This document shows positions 1 to 9,086 of a stretch of DNA of 57,171 nt, piece by piece. The translations under genes and the position numbers were made by a program. Source of the DNA: Planctomycetia bacterium (GTDB lineage: Bacteria > Planctomycetota > Planctomycetia > Pirellulales > PALSA-1355); the NCBI GenBank assembly GCA_031400775.1, contig JANNQN010000437.1:1-57171 (forward strand), written 5' to 3'. The notes below the pieces were generated by a model. That model was not told the DNA's origin. It did not search any database and saw only the letters and a list, made by a program, of their open reading frames with translations. Numbering within the stretch: position 1 is the stretch's first letter; every line of letters begins with the position of its first letter.

Positions 1-641
1 AGCCGCTCCAGGGCCGCGATTTCCAGGCTGCTGCCGTCGCCATCGAGGTAGTCGAAAATTCTCGGCTCGCAGACCATGAAACCGCCGTTGATCCAGCCTT
101 CGCCGGCCTGCGGCTTTTCCGTAAAGTGGGCCACCAGATCGCCGTCAAACATCAAGCCGCCAAACCGCGCCGGCGGTCGCACGGCGGTCACCGTGGCGAC
201 TCGCCCCGAAGCCTTGTGAAACCGCAACAGATCTTGCACGTCGACGTCGCACACTCCATCGCCGTAGGTGACCATGAAGGTGCCCGCGTCCAGCCAGCGT
301 TGCAGTCGTTTGACGCGGCCGCCCGTATTGGTGTCGTGACCCGTCTCGACCAGGTGTACCAGCCAGTCGTCGCACTGCTTGCTGTGCGTGTCGACCTGGC
401 CGGTGGCCAGGTTCACCGTGATGTTGCTGTTGACGGCGTGGTAGTCGAGGAAGTGGCGCTTGATCGAGTCGCCCTTGTAGCCCAGCGCGACGATGAATTC
501 CTTGAAGCCGTAATGCGCGTAGTGCTTCATGACGTGCCACAAGATCGGGCGACCGCCGATTTCGACCATCGGTTTAGGCTTCACCGTGGTCTCTTCTTGT
601 AGCCGGGTGCCGAGGCCACCGGCCAGAATCGCAACGCGCAT
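1..641 (-). CDS. rfbF: glucose-1-phosphate cytidylyltransferase, N-terminal ~213 codons (gene runs off the left window edge)
   Basis: There is no stop inside the window, so it is absent from the ORF track. My reverse-strand translation from the ATG at 641-639 reads MRVAILAGGLGTRLQEETTVKPKPMVEIGGRPILWHVMKHYAHYGFKEFIVALGYKGDSIKRHF... This shows the GGxGTRL nucleotidyltransferase loop and the KPKPMVEIGG.PILWH block typical of RfbF/DdhA. Confidence 0.85.
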   Translation of the reverse strand, partial: MRVAILAGGLGTRLQEETTVKPKPMVEIGGRPILWHVMKHYAHYGFKEFIVALGYKGDSIKRHFLDYHAVNSNITVNLATGQVDTHSKQCDDWLVHLVETGHDTNTGGRVKRLQRWLDAGTFMVTYGDGVCDVDVQDLLRFHKASGRVATVTAVRPPARFGGLMFDGDLVAHFTEKPQAGEGWINGGFMVCEPRIFDYLDGDGSSLEIAALER

Positions 642-1002
642 CGGACATCCATGTCGTATGGCGTGAAGGAAGTTATGCGGCCACGTCGCCGGCCGATCGG
701 GCACAAAGAATCGTCCCAACTCTTGCGGCTCGCGCTCTATTCAAGAACAGCAAGCGGGGACGACGCACTTCGGGGGGGCTGATCGGCGAGCGTTTGGCGG
801 TGCGGATATTACTGAATGCAACTCAGAGGGTCAACTCGGATAGCCGAGCCACCCCGCGACCGGTTTTCTCCGGAAGACTGCGAGGTTTGGCGAAGCTCCC
901 GCACGGCCTTGGCGATGACTATAATGGCCAAATTGACCTGGGGATCGCAGCCGCTTGCGTCAGGTCGCCCAGTGCCAGCATTCAATTGAGGATTTGGACT
1001 TG

Positions 1003-4000
1003 ATGCGATCGGCCGCCGCTTGCTGTTGGATGCTGTTGTCTCTGGCCGCTGCTACGACGTCTCTGGCCGCCGCCACGAAGTGCCTCGCCGCTGATGCTAA
1101 TCGCCTGGTCTATCTCGACCAGAGCGATCCCTTCTACGTCTCGCGCAGCTTTCCCAAGCTCGTGACCCCGCAGTGGGTGGGCGAAGACGGCGTTGAGGCC
1201 GTGATCGTGCTCTCGATCGACGACCTGAAAGAAGACAAGCCGGGCGAGCACGAGAAGTGGGAGGTTTTCTTGCGGCCTGTGCTCGAGCGCCTGAAGAAAA
1301 TCGACGGCCGGGCGCCCCTCAGCATCATGACCAACCGCATGGACCCGCGCCATCCGCGGCTGCAAAGCTGGCTCAAGGAGGGTTTGAGCCTGGAAGTTCA
1401 CACCTACGACCATCCCTGTCCGCTCTTGCAAGGGGGCGACCTGGCCAAAGCCAAGGCGACGTACGACCGCTGCGTCGATCAGATTGCGGCGATTCCCGGC
1501 AACCGCGCCGTGGCGTTTCGCATGCCCTGTTGCGATTCGATCAATTCGCCCAGCCCAAGGTTTTACACCGAGATCTTCAACCGTCGCACGCCGGGGGGCA
1601 ATTTCCTTTCGATCGACAGCTCGGTGTGCAACATCATCACGGCCGACGATCCGCAACTGCCGCGCGAGCTGGTATTGGACAATAAGGCTCAGGAGATCTT
1701 CCGCAAGTATCTCCCGTTCAAGTCGTTCGTCACGACGATCGAGGACTATCCCTATCCTTACCAGATTGGCGGCTTGTGCTGGGAGTTTCCCTGCGTGGTG
1801 CCCAGCGACTGGAGCGCGCAGAAGCTGCAAAAGCCCGACAACCCACAGACCGTGGCCGACTTCAAACGGGCCATCGACGCGGCGGTCGTCAAGCAGGGGG
1901 TGTTCACGCTGATCTTTCACCCGCACAAGTGGATCACCAGCCAGCAGATCGTCGAGCTGGTCGATCACGCCGTGGCGAAGCATGGCAAGAAAATCAAGTT
2001 TCTCAACTTCCGCGAAGCCCAAGAGAGGCTGAACAAGAACCTGCTGGGCGGGCAATCCCTGCGCGCAGCCGATGGCTCGGACAATGGCGTGCGGCTGGTC
2101 GATCTCGACGCCGACGGATTTCAAGACGTCGTGATCGGCAATGCGCGCGTGCGTCAGACGCGGCTCTGGTTGCCGAAAGAGTCAAAGTGGACAGTCGGCC
2201 CGTTTCCAACCTCGCTCGTGGCGGATGGGGGCGCCCGTTTTGGCGTGCTCGATTCGAGCGGTTTTCCCACCGTCATGGTCCGAAACGAGCAAGTTGCCGC
2301 CGCCTGGCGATTCGACGGGCACGAGTGGCAATCGGACGCGACGGCAGCAGCGGGACTGGAACTGAATGGAAAGCCGGTTCTCGCTAGTCGCGCGGGCCGC
2401 GATCAGGGTCTCCGTTTGCGCGATATCGATGCCGACGGGATTTGCGAGTTGATCGTCGGCAATCCCAGCGAGCGGGCCGTGTTTCGCTATGAACCGAAGC
2501 AGGGCTGGAAAAGAACGGAGGCGGCGCTGCCCGAAGCGACGGCGATCGTTGACGGACAAGGTCGCGACGCTGGCCTGCGATTTGTCGAAATCGACCAGGA
2601 TGGCCATGATGACGTGGCTTTCTCGAATGAAGCCATTTATTCCGCGCATCTCTACGTGCCAGGCGAGAAAAACTGGTCGCGGCAACTTGTCGCTGGCAAG
2701 CAGGGCAGTGCCGGCGCGATTCCGCCGATCGTTCGCAACGGCACCAACAACGGCGCCTGGTTCCACGACCGCACGCTGTATGTGCAGAACGAGGATACCG
2801 ACAAGCTGGCCGACCTGGTCGATCGCATGCCGCTCGACAACTTGCTGAAGGGCGTGTTGTTCCCCGGTCCGAAATCGCCCCAACAGTCGTTGGCCGTGAC
2901 GCACGCCCGGCCCGGTTTTCAGGTCGAGCTGGCGGCGGCCGAGCCACTGGTGGAAGACCCGATCGCGATGGCCTTTGGACCCGACGGCAAACTTTGGGTG
3001 GCCGAGATGGGGGACTATCCGCGCGGCGTGGACGGCAAGGGCAGGCACGGCGGCATGATTCGCTCTCTGGAAGACGTCGACGGCGATGGCCGCTACGACA
3101 AGAGCACCGTGTTTCTCGACGATCTGGGTTTTCCCACCGGCGTCGCTCCGTGGCGCAACGGCATTCTGATCACTTGCGCGCCGGAACTTATTTACGCCGA
3201 AGACACCGACGGCGACGGTAAAGCCGACAAGCGCGAAGTCTGGTACAGCAATTTCGCCGAGGGCAATCCCCAGCATCGCATGAACGGACTGAAGTGGGGG
3301 CTCGACGGCTGGCTGTATTGCGCCCACGGCGACGGAGTGGGCGGACGCATTGAGTTGGTCAAGGCTGGTGGCTTCGCCAACGCCAACGGTCGCGATTTTC
3401 GCATTCGTCCCGACTCGGGCGAGCTCGATCCTCAGTCCGGTCCCACGCAATACGGACGCAACCGGGACGATTTCGACAACTGGTTCGGCTGCGCGAACAG
3501 CGATCCGATGTTCCAGTTCGTCCTGGCCGATCACTACCTGCGGCGCAACAAGTTCGTCTCCGCGGCCAATGGCAAGTTGGACGTGCCGGAACAGGCCGGC
3601 GCGGCCGAGGTGTTTCCGCGGAGCCGCACCATTGCCCGCTACAACGATCTGTACGCCGCCAATCGCTTCACGTCGGCCAACAGCACGATCGTATATCGCG
3701 ACGACCTGTTCGGTCCGGCGTTCGAGGGCAATGTGTTCATCAGCGAGCCGGTTCACAACCTGGTGCATCGCGAAGTCATGCGCCGCGACGGGTTGATTTT
3801 TTCCAGCCGCCGCGCCGACGACGAGAAGGACTCCGAGTTCCTGGCCTCGGCCGACAACTGGTTCCGCCCGGCCATGCTGGCCACGGGTCCCGACGGAGCG
3901 TTGTGGGTGGCCGACATGTATCGCCAGACGATCGAGCATCCGGAATGGATTCCGATCGAAATTCAAAAACAGATCGACCTCCGCGCCGGCTCCGCCATGG

Positions 4001-6126
4001 GGCGGATCTATCGCGTTTTTCCAGTGGGCAAACCACCCCGGAAAATGCCACGGCTGGACAAGATGTCGACCGCTGAGTTGGTCGCGGCCCTGGATAGCCC
4101 CAGCGGCTGGCAGCGCGACATGGTCCAGCAGCTTCTGGTGTGGAAGCCCGACGCCGCGGCGATCGAGCCTTTGCGAAAGCTGGCCGCCGATTCGACTCGC
4201 CAGGCCGCGCGGGTGCAGGCCCTTTGGACCTTGGAACTATTGGGCGGGCTGGAGTCGGCGCAAATCGCCCGCGCTCTGGCCGATCCGCAACCCGCGGTTC
4301 GTCAACATGCCATCCGGCTCAGCGAGTCGCACCTGGCCGAGGCGCCGCAGTTGGGCGAAGCCATCCTCAAGCTGGCCGACGATTCGGACCTGCCGCTGCA
4401 ATTGCAACGGGCCTATACCCTGGGACAGTGGAGCGATCCGCGGGCCGGCCAGGCGCTGGGCGAATTGGCGCTTCGCTTTCGAGACGACCGATTCATCACG
4501 GCCGCCGTGCTCAGTTCCGTGACGCCACAGAATCTGCCGCAGGTGCTGGCCACGGTGCTCGACACCAAATCGCAACAAGAGCCCCCTTCGGCGTTACTGG
4601 AGCAACTCGTCGGGCTGGCCAGCGCATTCGAGGATGATCGCACGCTGGGCGAGGCGCTCGCGCGCATCGGCCGCGCCGACGCTGGTACGTATGCCGATTG
4701 GCAGTTGGCGGCGCTGGCGGGTTTGCTCGACGCTTTGGCGCGTCGCAACACATCGTGGGAAAAGTACGATGCCTCGCGCGAACTGGCCAAGATTTTCGAC
4801 TTCGCCCGCCGGCAGGTGGCCGACGAACAGGCGCCCGAGGAGCGACGCTTGCTCTGTGCGCGGCTGCTGGGCCGGGGCGAGGGCCGCCGCGACGACGACA
4901 TTGCCTCTCTCGTGGCCCTGCTGGTGCCGCAATCCAGCGGGGCGCTGCAAACCGCCGTCGTCGAAGCACTGGCTCGTATCGACAGCGATCAGGTGCCTAA
5001 GGCGCTAATCGAAGGATGGAGAAGCCATGGACCGGCCCTGCGCTCGGAAATTCTCGACGCCTTGCTGGGCCGCGAGAGCTGGATCGATCAGCTTTTGGCG
5101 GCCATCGAGCAGAAGGAACTGCCGGCCGGCGACATCGACGCTTCGCGGCGGCAAAGACTGTTGCGGTTCAACGACGAAAAGATCAAGTCGCGCGCCGCGG
5201 CCCTGCTCTCGGGAGCGATCGAGTCGAACCGTCAGCAAGTCATGGACGGGCACGATGCCGTGTTGACGATGACCGGCGATGCCCAAGCCGGCGCCGCGGC
5301 GTTCGTCAAGCGCTGTGCCGTGTGTCACCGGCTGCGCGGCGTCGGGCACGATGTCGGCCCCAATCTGGCCGCCCTGACCGATTATTCGCCGCAGGCACTA
5401 CTGACCGCGATTCTGGATCCGAATCGCGCGGTGGAAGCCAAATTTTTGGATTACGTGGCCGCCACGACCGCGGGGCTAAGCTTCACAGGCATGTTGGCGA
5501 ACGAGACCGGCAACAGCGTTACGCTGATGGCTCAGGAGGGCAAGCAGCAGACGATCTTGCGAAACGAGTTGGAAGAGCTCAAGGCCACGGGCAAGTCCAT
5601 GATGCCCGAGGGACTGGAGAAAGACCTCAACCAGCAGGATCTGTGCAACGTGATCGCCTATTTGCGAAGCTCGGGCGCCCCGCGCAAAAAGTTCGGCGCC
5701 AACAATCCGCAACTGGTCAAGCCGACCACCGACGGCACGTTGCAGCTTTATCCCATTAACTGCGAGATCTATGGACCGTCGATCGTGATGGAGCAGCTTT
5801 ACAAGAATCTGGGCAAGTGGGAGAGCGAAAACGATCGGGCCGTGTGGAACGTCGAGCTTCCCAAGCCGGGTCGCTACTCCGTGCTGCTCAACTACGCCAG
5901 TCTGGAGAAGAGTGCGGGCAACACGTGGCTGCTCGAAGCCGGCGACAAGACCCTTTCTGGGAAGGTGGAATCGACCGGCAGCATCGATCGGTACGAGGAG
6001 ATTCGCTGCGGCGAGATCGAAGTGCCCGCCGGCGCGAGCCAGATCGTGCTCCGCTCATCCGGCCCGGTCAAAGGCAACCTGATGCAGTTCGGCGGCCTGC
6101 TGCTCAAGCCGGCGCCGGCGAAGTAA
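1003..6126 (+). CDS. giant secreted multidomain protein: NodB/CE4-like deacetylase + FG-GAP/VCBS repeats + membrane-bound-dehydrogenase-type propeller + HEAT repeats + c-type cytochrome + C-terminal carbohydrate-binding-like module
   Basis: The ORF is 955..6126. The likely start is the ATG at 1003, which gives a signal-peptide-like MRSAAACCWMLLSLAAATTSLAAA. Motifs seen: LSIDDL and HTYDHP (NodB motifs); DLDADGFQDVVIGN, DIDADGICELIVGN and EIDQDGHDDVAFSN (FG-GAP); GFQVELAAAEPLVEDPIAMAFGPDGKLWVAEMGDYP (PVC membrane-bound dehydrogenase domain); CAVCH haem c site at 5314-5328. Confidence 0.85.
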   Translation: MRSAAACCWMLLSLAAATTSLAAATKCLAADANRLVYLDQSDPFYVSRSFPKLVTPQWVGEDGVEAVIVLSIDDLKEDKPGEHEKWEVFLRPVLERLKKIDGRAPLSIMTNRMDPRHPRLQSWLKEGLSLEVHTYDHPCPLLQGGDLAKAKATYDRCVDQIAAIPGNRAVAFRMPCCDSINSPSPRFYTEIFNRRTPGGNFLSIDSSVCNIITADDPQLPRELVLDNKAQEIFRKYLPFKSFVTTIEDYPYPYQIGGLCWEFPCVVPSDWSAQKLQKPDNPQTVADFKRAIDAAVVKQGVFTLIFHPHKWITSQQIVELVDHAVAKHGKKIKFLNFREAQERLNKNLLGGQSLRAADGSDNGVRLVDLDADGFQDVVIGNARVRQTRLWLPKESKWTVGPFPTSLVADGGARFGVLDSSGFPTVMVRNEQVAAAWRFDGHEWQSDATAAAGLELNGKPVLASRAGRDQGLRLRDIDADGICELIVGNPSERAVFRYEPKQGWKRTEAALPEATAIVDGQGRDAGLRFVEIDQDGHDDVAFSNEAIYSAHLYVPGEKNWSRQLVAGKQGSAGAIPPIVRNGTNNGAWFHDRTLYVQNEDTDKLADLVDRMPLDNLLKGVLFPGPKSPQQSLAVTHARPGFQVELAAAEPLVEDPIAMAFGPDGKLWVAEMGDYPRGVDGKGRHGGMIRSLEDVDGDGRYDKSTVFLDDLGFPTGVAPWRNGILITCAPELIYAEDTDGDGKADKREVWYSNFAEGNPQHRMNGLKWGLDGWLYCAHGDGVGGRIELVKAGGFANANGRDFRIRPDSGELDPQSGPTQYGRNRDDFDNWFGCANSDPMFQFVLADHYLRRNKFVSAANGKLDVPEQAGAAEVFPRSRTIARYNDLYAANRFTSANSTIVYRDDLFGPAFEGNVFISEPVHNLVHREVMRRDGLIFSSRRADDEKDSEFLASADNWFRPAMLATGPDGALWVADMYRQTIEHPEWIPIEIQKQIDLRAGSAMGRIYRVFPVGKPPRKMPRLDKMSTAELVAALDSPSGWQRDMVQQLLVWKPDAAAIEPLRKLAADSTRQAARVQALWTLELLGGLESAQIARALADPQPAVRQHAIRLSESHLAEAPQLGEAILKLADDSDLPLQLQRAYTLGQWSDPRAGQALGELALRFRDDRFITAAVLSSVTPQNLPQVLATVLDTKSQQEPPSALLEQLVGLASAFEDDRTLGEALARIGRADAGTYADWQLAALAGLLDALARRNTSWEKYDASRELAKIFDFARRQVADEQAPEERRLLCARLLGRGEGRRDDDIASLVALLVPQSSGALQTAVVEALARIDSDQVPKALIEGWRSHGPALRSEILDALLGRESWIDQLLAAIEQKELPAGDIDASRRQRLLRFNDEKIKSRAAALLSGAIESNRQQVMDGHDAVLTMTGDAQAGAAAFVKRCAVCHRLRGVGHDVGPNLAALTDYSPQALLTAILDPNRAVEAKFLDYVAATTAGLSFTGMLANETGNSVTLMAQEGKQQTILRNELEELKATGKSMMPEGLEKDLNQQDLCNVIAYLRSSGAPRKKFGANNPQLVKPTTDGTLQLYPINCEIYGPSIVMEQLYKNLGKWESENDRAVWNVELPKPGRYSVLLNYASLEKSAGNTWLLEAGDKTLSGKVESTGSIDRYEEIRCGEIEVPAGASQIVLRSSGPVKGNLMQFGGLLLKPAPAK

Positions 6127-7162
6127 CGCCTTCCAGCACCTTGGTCCAGCGCTTGGCCGTGCGCTTCTTCCAGGCGCCCTTGTGATAGGCATAGCCGACG
6201 ATCAGCGGCACGGCCAAAGTGGCTTCGCTGAAGACCATCTGCTCGAAGACCGTGTCGACCTTGCCCCAGCTCGATGCCTCTTTCAAGGTCGAGCTCGACA
6301 GTGCGCCGTCGCGCACGTCGGCGACGGTCACCTGCACGGCATACTTGTGCATGGGGGGATCGTCGCCCAGGATCTCGGCCGCCACGACGATGTCTTGCGT
6401 GAAGTTCTTGGGCACACCGCCGCCCAGCATGAAAATGCCGGTCGTCGGATTGGCTATCTTGAGTTGCGTGAGCTCGTAAAAATCCTTCACGCTGTCGATC
6501 GACACCTTGGGCTGATCGCCGCGGGCGTGCTGATGGGCCACCAGGCCGAAGCCGGCCGAACAGTCCGAAAAAGCCGGACAGAAAATCGGCACGTCTTCCT
6601 CATAGGCGGCCAGCACGATCGAGTCGCGCGTCTTGCCGTGCTCGGCCAGGTAGGCGCCCATCTCGCGAATGAACTCGCGCGAAGAGTGCGGCCGCGGCGG
6701 CAAGCTGTCGGCGATCACTTTGGTCGTGTCGTCGCAAATCCGCAGCTCGTCCTCGTCGATCAGCGTGTCGTAGATCCGGTCGACGTGCAGTTCGCGCAGC
6801 TTGTCATCGTCCAGTCCGGCCTTGAGCCGCTCGGAGGCCATGTAGTGCCGAAAGCCCAGGCCCTCGAAGAAGTCCTGGTCGACGATGTTGGCCCCGGTGC
6901 TGACGATCGCGTCGACCATGCGATTGCGGACCATGTCGACAAACACCTGCTTCAAGCCGGCACTCACCAGCGAGCCGGCCAGGCAGAGGATCACGCCGCA
7001 CTCGTTCTCGCGGAGCATGCGGTCGTAAATGTCGGCCGCCCGCGCCAGATCGCGTGCCGAGTAGGCCATGTGCTGCATCGCTTCGACCAGGGGCACGGGA
7101 CTGTGCTTCTTGATGTCGATGTGCTCGATGGTCTGCGAGAGCAATTCTTTCTTGTCCGCCAT
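6104..7162 (-). CDS. deoxyhypusine synthase family protein
   Basis: 352-aa ORF. The blocks CLAGSLVSAGLKQVFVDMVRNRMVDAIVSTGANIVDQDFF and LGGGVPKNF match the deoxyhypusine synthase NAD/spermidine-binding core. The 3' end overlaps the convergent gene 1003..6126 by 23 nt. Confidence 0.8.
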   Translation of the reverse strand: MADKKELLSQTIEHIDIKKHSPVPLVEAMQHMAYSARDLARAADIYDRMLRENECGVILCLAGSLVSAGLKQVFVDMVRNRMVDAIVSTGANIVDQDFFEGLGFRHYMASERLKAGLDDDKLRELHVDRIYDTLIDEDELRICDDTTKVIADSLPPRPHSSREFIREMGAYLAEHGKTRDSIVLAAYEEDVPIFCPAFSDCSAGFGLVAHQHARGDQPKVSIDSVKDFYELTQLKIANPTTGIFMLGGGVPKNFTQDIVVAAEILGDDPPMHKYAVQVTVADVRDGALSSSTLKEASSWGKVDTVFEQMVFSEATLAVPLIVGYAYHKGAWKKRTAKRWTKVLEGVTSPAPA

Positions 7163-7178
7163 GGCCGTGGGTCCTCTT

Positions 7179-7206
7179 GAAATCTGACGCGGTGGAAACT
7201 GACGCG
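7179..7206 (-). repeat. tandem direct repeat GAAA(T)CTGACGCG x2 in the leader of the DHS gene (candidate regulatory site)
   Basis: gaaatctgacgcg at 7179-7191 and gaaactgacgcg at 7195-7206 lie 17-44 nt upstream of the start codon at 7162. Confidence 0.35.
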
Positions 7207-7303
7207 AATTCGAACGGGTCGAGTTATTCTAGGCAATCGGGCCAAAGCGAGAAAGACACCGAGCCCCGTGGTAGCGTCTTAAATGTGTGTTGCCGGCAAT
7301 CGG

Positions 7304-8344
7304 CTACTTGGCGTGCTGCCGCGCGTGCGCAATGAGACTCTTTGCGATGACCTCTCCCAAGCGGACTGGCACCGCGTTTCCGATCAACCTCCCCATCACA
7401 CTGAATCGTGGGCGGTCGCCATCTTGAAGAAAGCGGTAGTTCTCCGGAAACGTCTGGAGGATCGCGGCCTCGCGGAGCGTGATTGCGCGATCCTGTTCAG
7501 GATGGCCGAAGCGACCGTTTCCGTAGCCGAAGCATTGAGTGGTGATCGTAGGAGAAGGGGCGGTCCATTCCATTCGTCCATAGACGCTCGGGTACGTTTC
7601 CCCGGACGTTTTCCGATGGCAGTCGGCAATTAGCGATCTGTTCCAATCCCGCCATGTGCCGCCGGGTCTTGAGGCTCGGATCCGGCGCAGATTTAACTTG
7701 CTTAGCTTGCAAGCCGAATGCAGCAAGTCACTTGGGTCTGCCTCGCCTGCGGATAGTGGTGGAAGGTGGGAAATCGCCTCTCTGACTGTTGGGCGGTATT
7801 TCTCGTTGATGAGAGGCGCCAAAAGTGTGATTGGCCCAAGGCGCGAAGCCAGTAAAACGAGACGTTTTCGCGTCTGTGGAACTCCGTAGTTCGCACACTC
7901 CACCACGCTATGCCAAACCTTGTAGCCCTTTAGCGCCGCGGTCAGCTCTCCAAATACGGCATGATCAAGTAGCTGCGGCACGTTCTCCATGGTCACCAAG
8001 TCAGGCTTCGATTCTCCGATCAAGCGAGCAAAGTCGATGACTAGTTCCCATTTGCCGTCGGCTCTCGTCTTTCGCCCCTTGCGGCTATATGTCGAAAATG
8101 GTTGGCATGGCGCGCATCCGGCCAAGAGAGTTCGCTCGCCCTTCCGGGTTCGCCATAATTTTCGGAGTTCGGCCCCCGTCAGTAATCTGACGTCTTTTTC
8201 GATAAATCGACAGGGGTTGTTGGCTTCGTAGGGAAAGCGGCACTGAGGATCAGTGTCGACGCCAGCAAGAACACTCGCTCCACCTCTAATTAGGCCGTGG
8301 GTTAAGCCACCAAGGCCGCAGAAGATGTCGACGCCCGCGATCAT
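7304..8344 (-). CDS. dcm: DNA (cytosine-5)-methyltransferase
   Basis: 346-aa ORF with the ordered C5-MTase motifs: I DIFCGLGGLTHGL, IV GCAPCQPFS, VI TMENVPQL, VIII GVPQTRKRLVLL, X IGNAVPVRL. Its ATG overlaps the stop of the upstream gene as ATGA (8341-8344). Confidence 0.92.
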   Translation of the reverse strand: MIAGVDIFCGLGGLTHGLIRGGASVLAGVDTDPQCRFPYEANNPCRFIEKDVRLLTGAELRKLWRTRKGERTLLAGCAPCQPFSTYSRKGRKTRADGKWELVIDFARLIGESKPDLVTMENVPQLLDHAVFGELTAALKGYKVWHSVVECANYGVPQTRKRLVLLASRLGPITLLAPLINEKYRPTVREAISHLPPLSAGEADPSDLLHSACKLSKLNLRRIRASRPGGTWRDWNRSLIADCHRKTSGETYPSVYGRMEWTAPSPTITTQCFGYGNGRFGHPEQDRAITLREAAILQTFPENYRFLQDGDRPRFSVMGRLIGNAVPVRLGEVIAKSLIAHARQHAK

Positions 8345-9084
8345 TCCGATGCACCCTCGGGGGGGCGTTTTTCTGGAATCAGGAAATGATACTCGTCAAT
8401 GTAACTCCTAAAGGCGCCCACCACCTCTCTCAGATACATCTCTGTCAGCTCTTTGATTTCTCGAAGCTCAACTGCAGTCACTCCATCGCCGCATTCCGAG
8501 AACGACAGGCTCCCGTGCGCGAGCCTGTTGCGAAGATACTTGACCAACGCGAGCGGGCTTTTGTCATCGCGGATTTTCCGCTTTATTCTGCTATAGACCG
8601 TCGGACTGATTCTCAATTTACAGCCGATTCGCTTCGTTATTATCTCAATTTCATTGTCGTCCCAATTGCCGCCCCCTCCCTTTTCAACCTGCCAAGCATC
8701 GACCGGAAGGGCGTGAATCAGCCGCTCGCACAAGGCAGAAGCCGATCCCAATCTGTTGTCATAATTGAGGTCCGTGTGAGTGCGGGCCGTTGTCCGGACC
8801 CATTCCCGCCGCAACCCAGCGGAGAGATCACCAGGGCGCCAGCGTTCACCCTCGGCAGCCGCGGTCGCGACTGCATCGACACACCAAGTCGCAGTCGCCT
8901 CGACCAGATTATAGAGCTGCAAATATACAGAGGAATAGAGGATCTTTTGTTGCTGCGCGGTGATTGCAGCCCCGCCGATCTTCGGTGGTCCAACTTGAAC
9001 CTGCCGCTCTAAGGCATCGAGCAAATCCAAATATGCATCGATTTCTTGCAGTCGATCGTTGAACAACTGAGTTAGGACATCCAC
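8341..9084 (-). CDS. HEPN-like nuclease domain protein (RNxxAH motif), resembles the MAE_28990/MAE_18760-type HEPN family
   Basis: 247-aa ORF with a GTG start at 9084, preceded by GGAGCG 7 nt upstream and lying 2 nt after the DUF262 stop. The C-terminal YLRNRLAHGSLSF carries the R-x4-H HEPN catalytic signature in a helical context. The family assignment is from memory and was not searched. Confidence 0.6.
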   Translation of the reverse strand: MDVLTQLFNDRLQEIDAYLDLLDALERQVQVGPPKIGGAAITAQQQKILYSSVYLQLYNLVEATATWCVDAVATAAAEGERWRPGDLSAGLRREWVRTTARTHTDLNYDNRLGSASALCERLIHALPVDAWQVEKGGGGNWDDNEIEIITKRIGCKLRISPTVYSRIKRKIRDDKSPLALVKYLRNRLAHGSLSFSECGDGVTAVELREIKELTEMYLREVVGAFRSYIDEYHFLIPEKRPPEGASE

Positions 9085-9086
9085 AC

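Noticed and set aside
126-602. 158-aa plus-strand ORF and 131-aa minus-strand ORF at the left edge
   Set aside because: Both are off-frame or antisense shadows of the rfbF-like gene, which I translated by hand in a third frame (1..641, minus). Their sequences are Arg/His/Gly-rich with no motifs.
920-925. Perfect TATAAT hexamer upstream of the giant exoprotein gene
   Set aside because: No acceptable -35 element lies at 16-18 nt spacing and there is no proper TGn extension. That is too weak to call a promoter.
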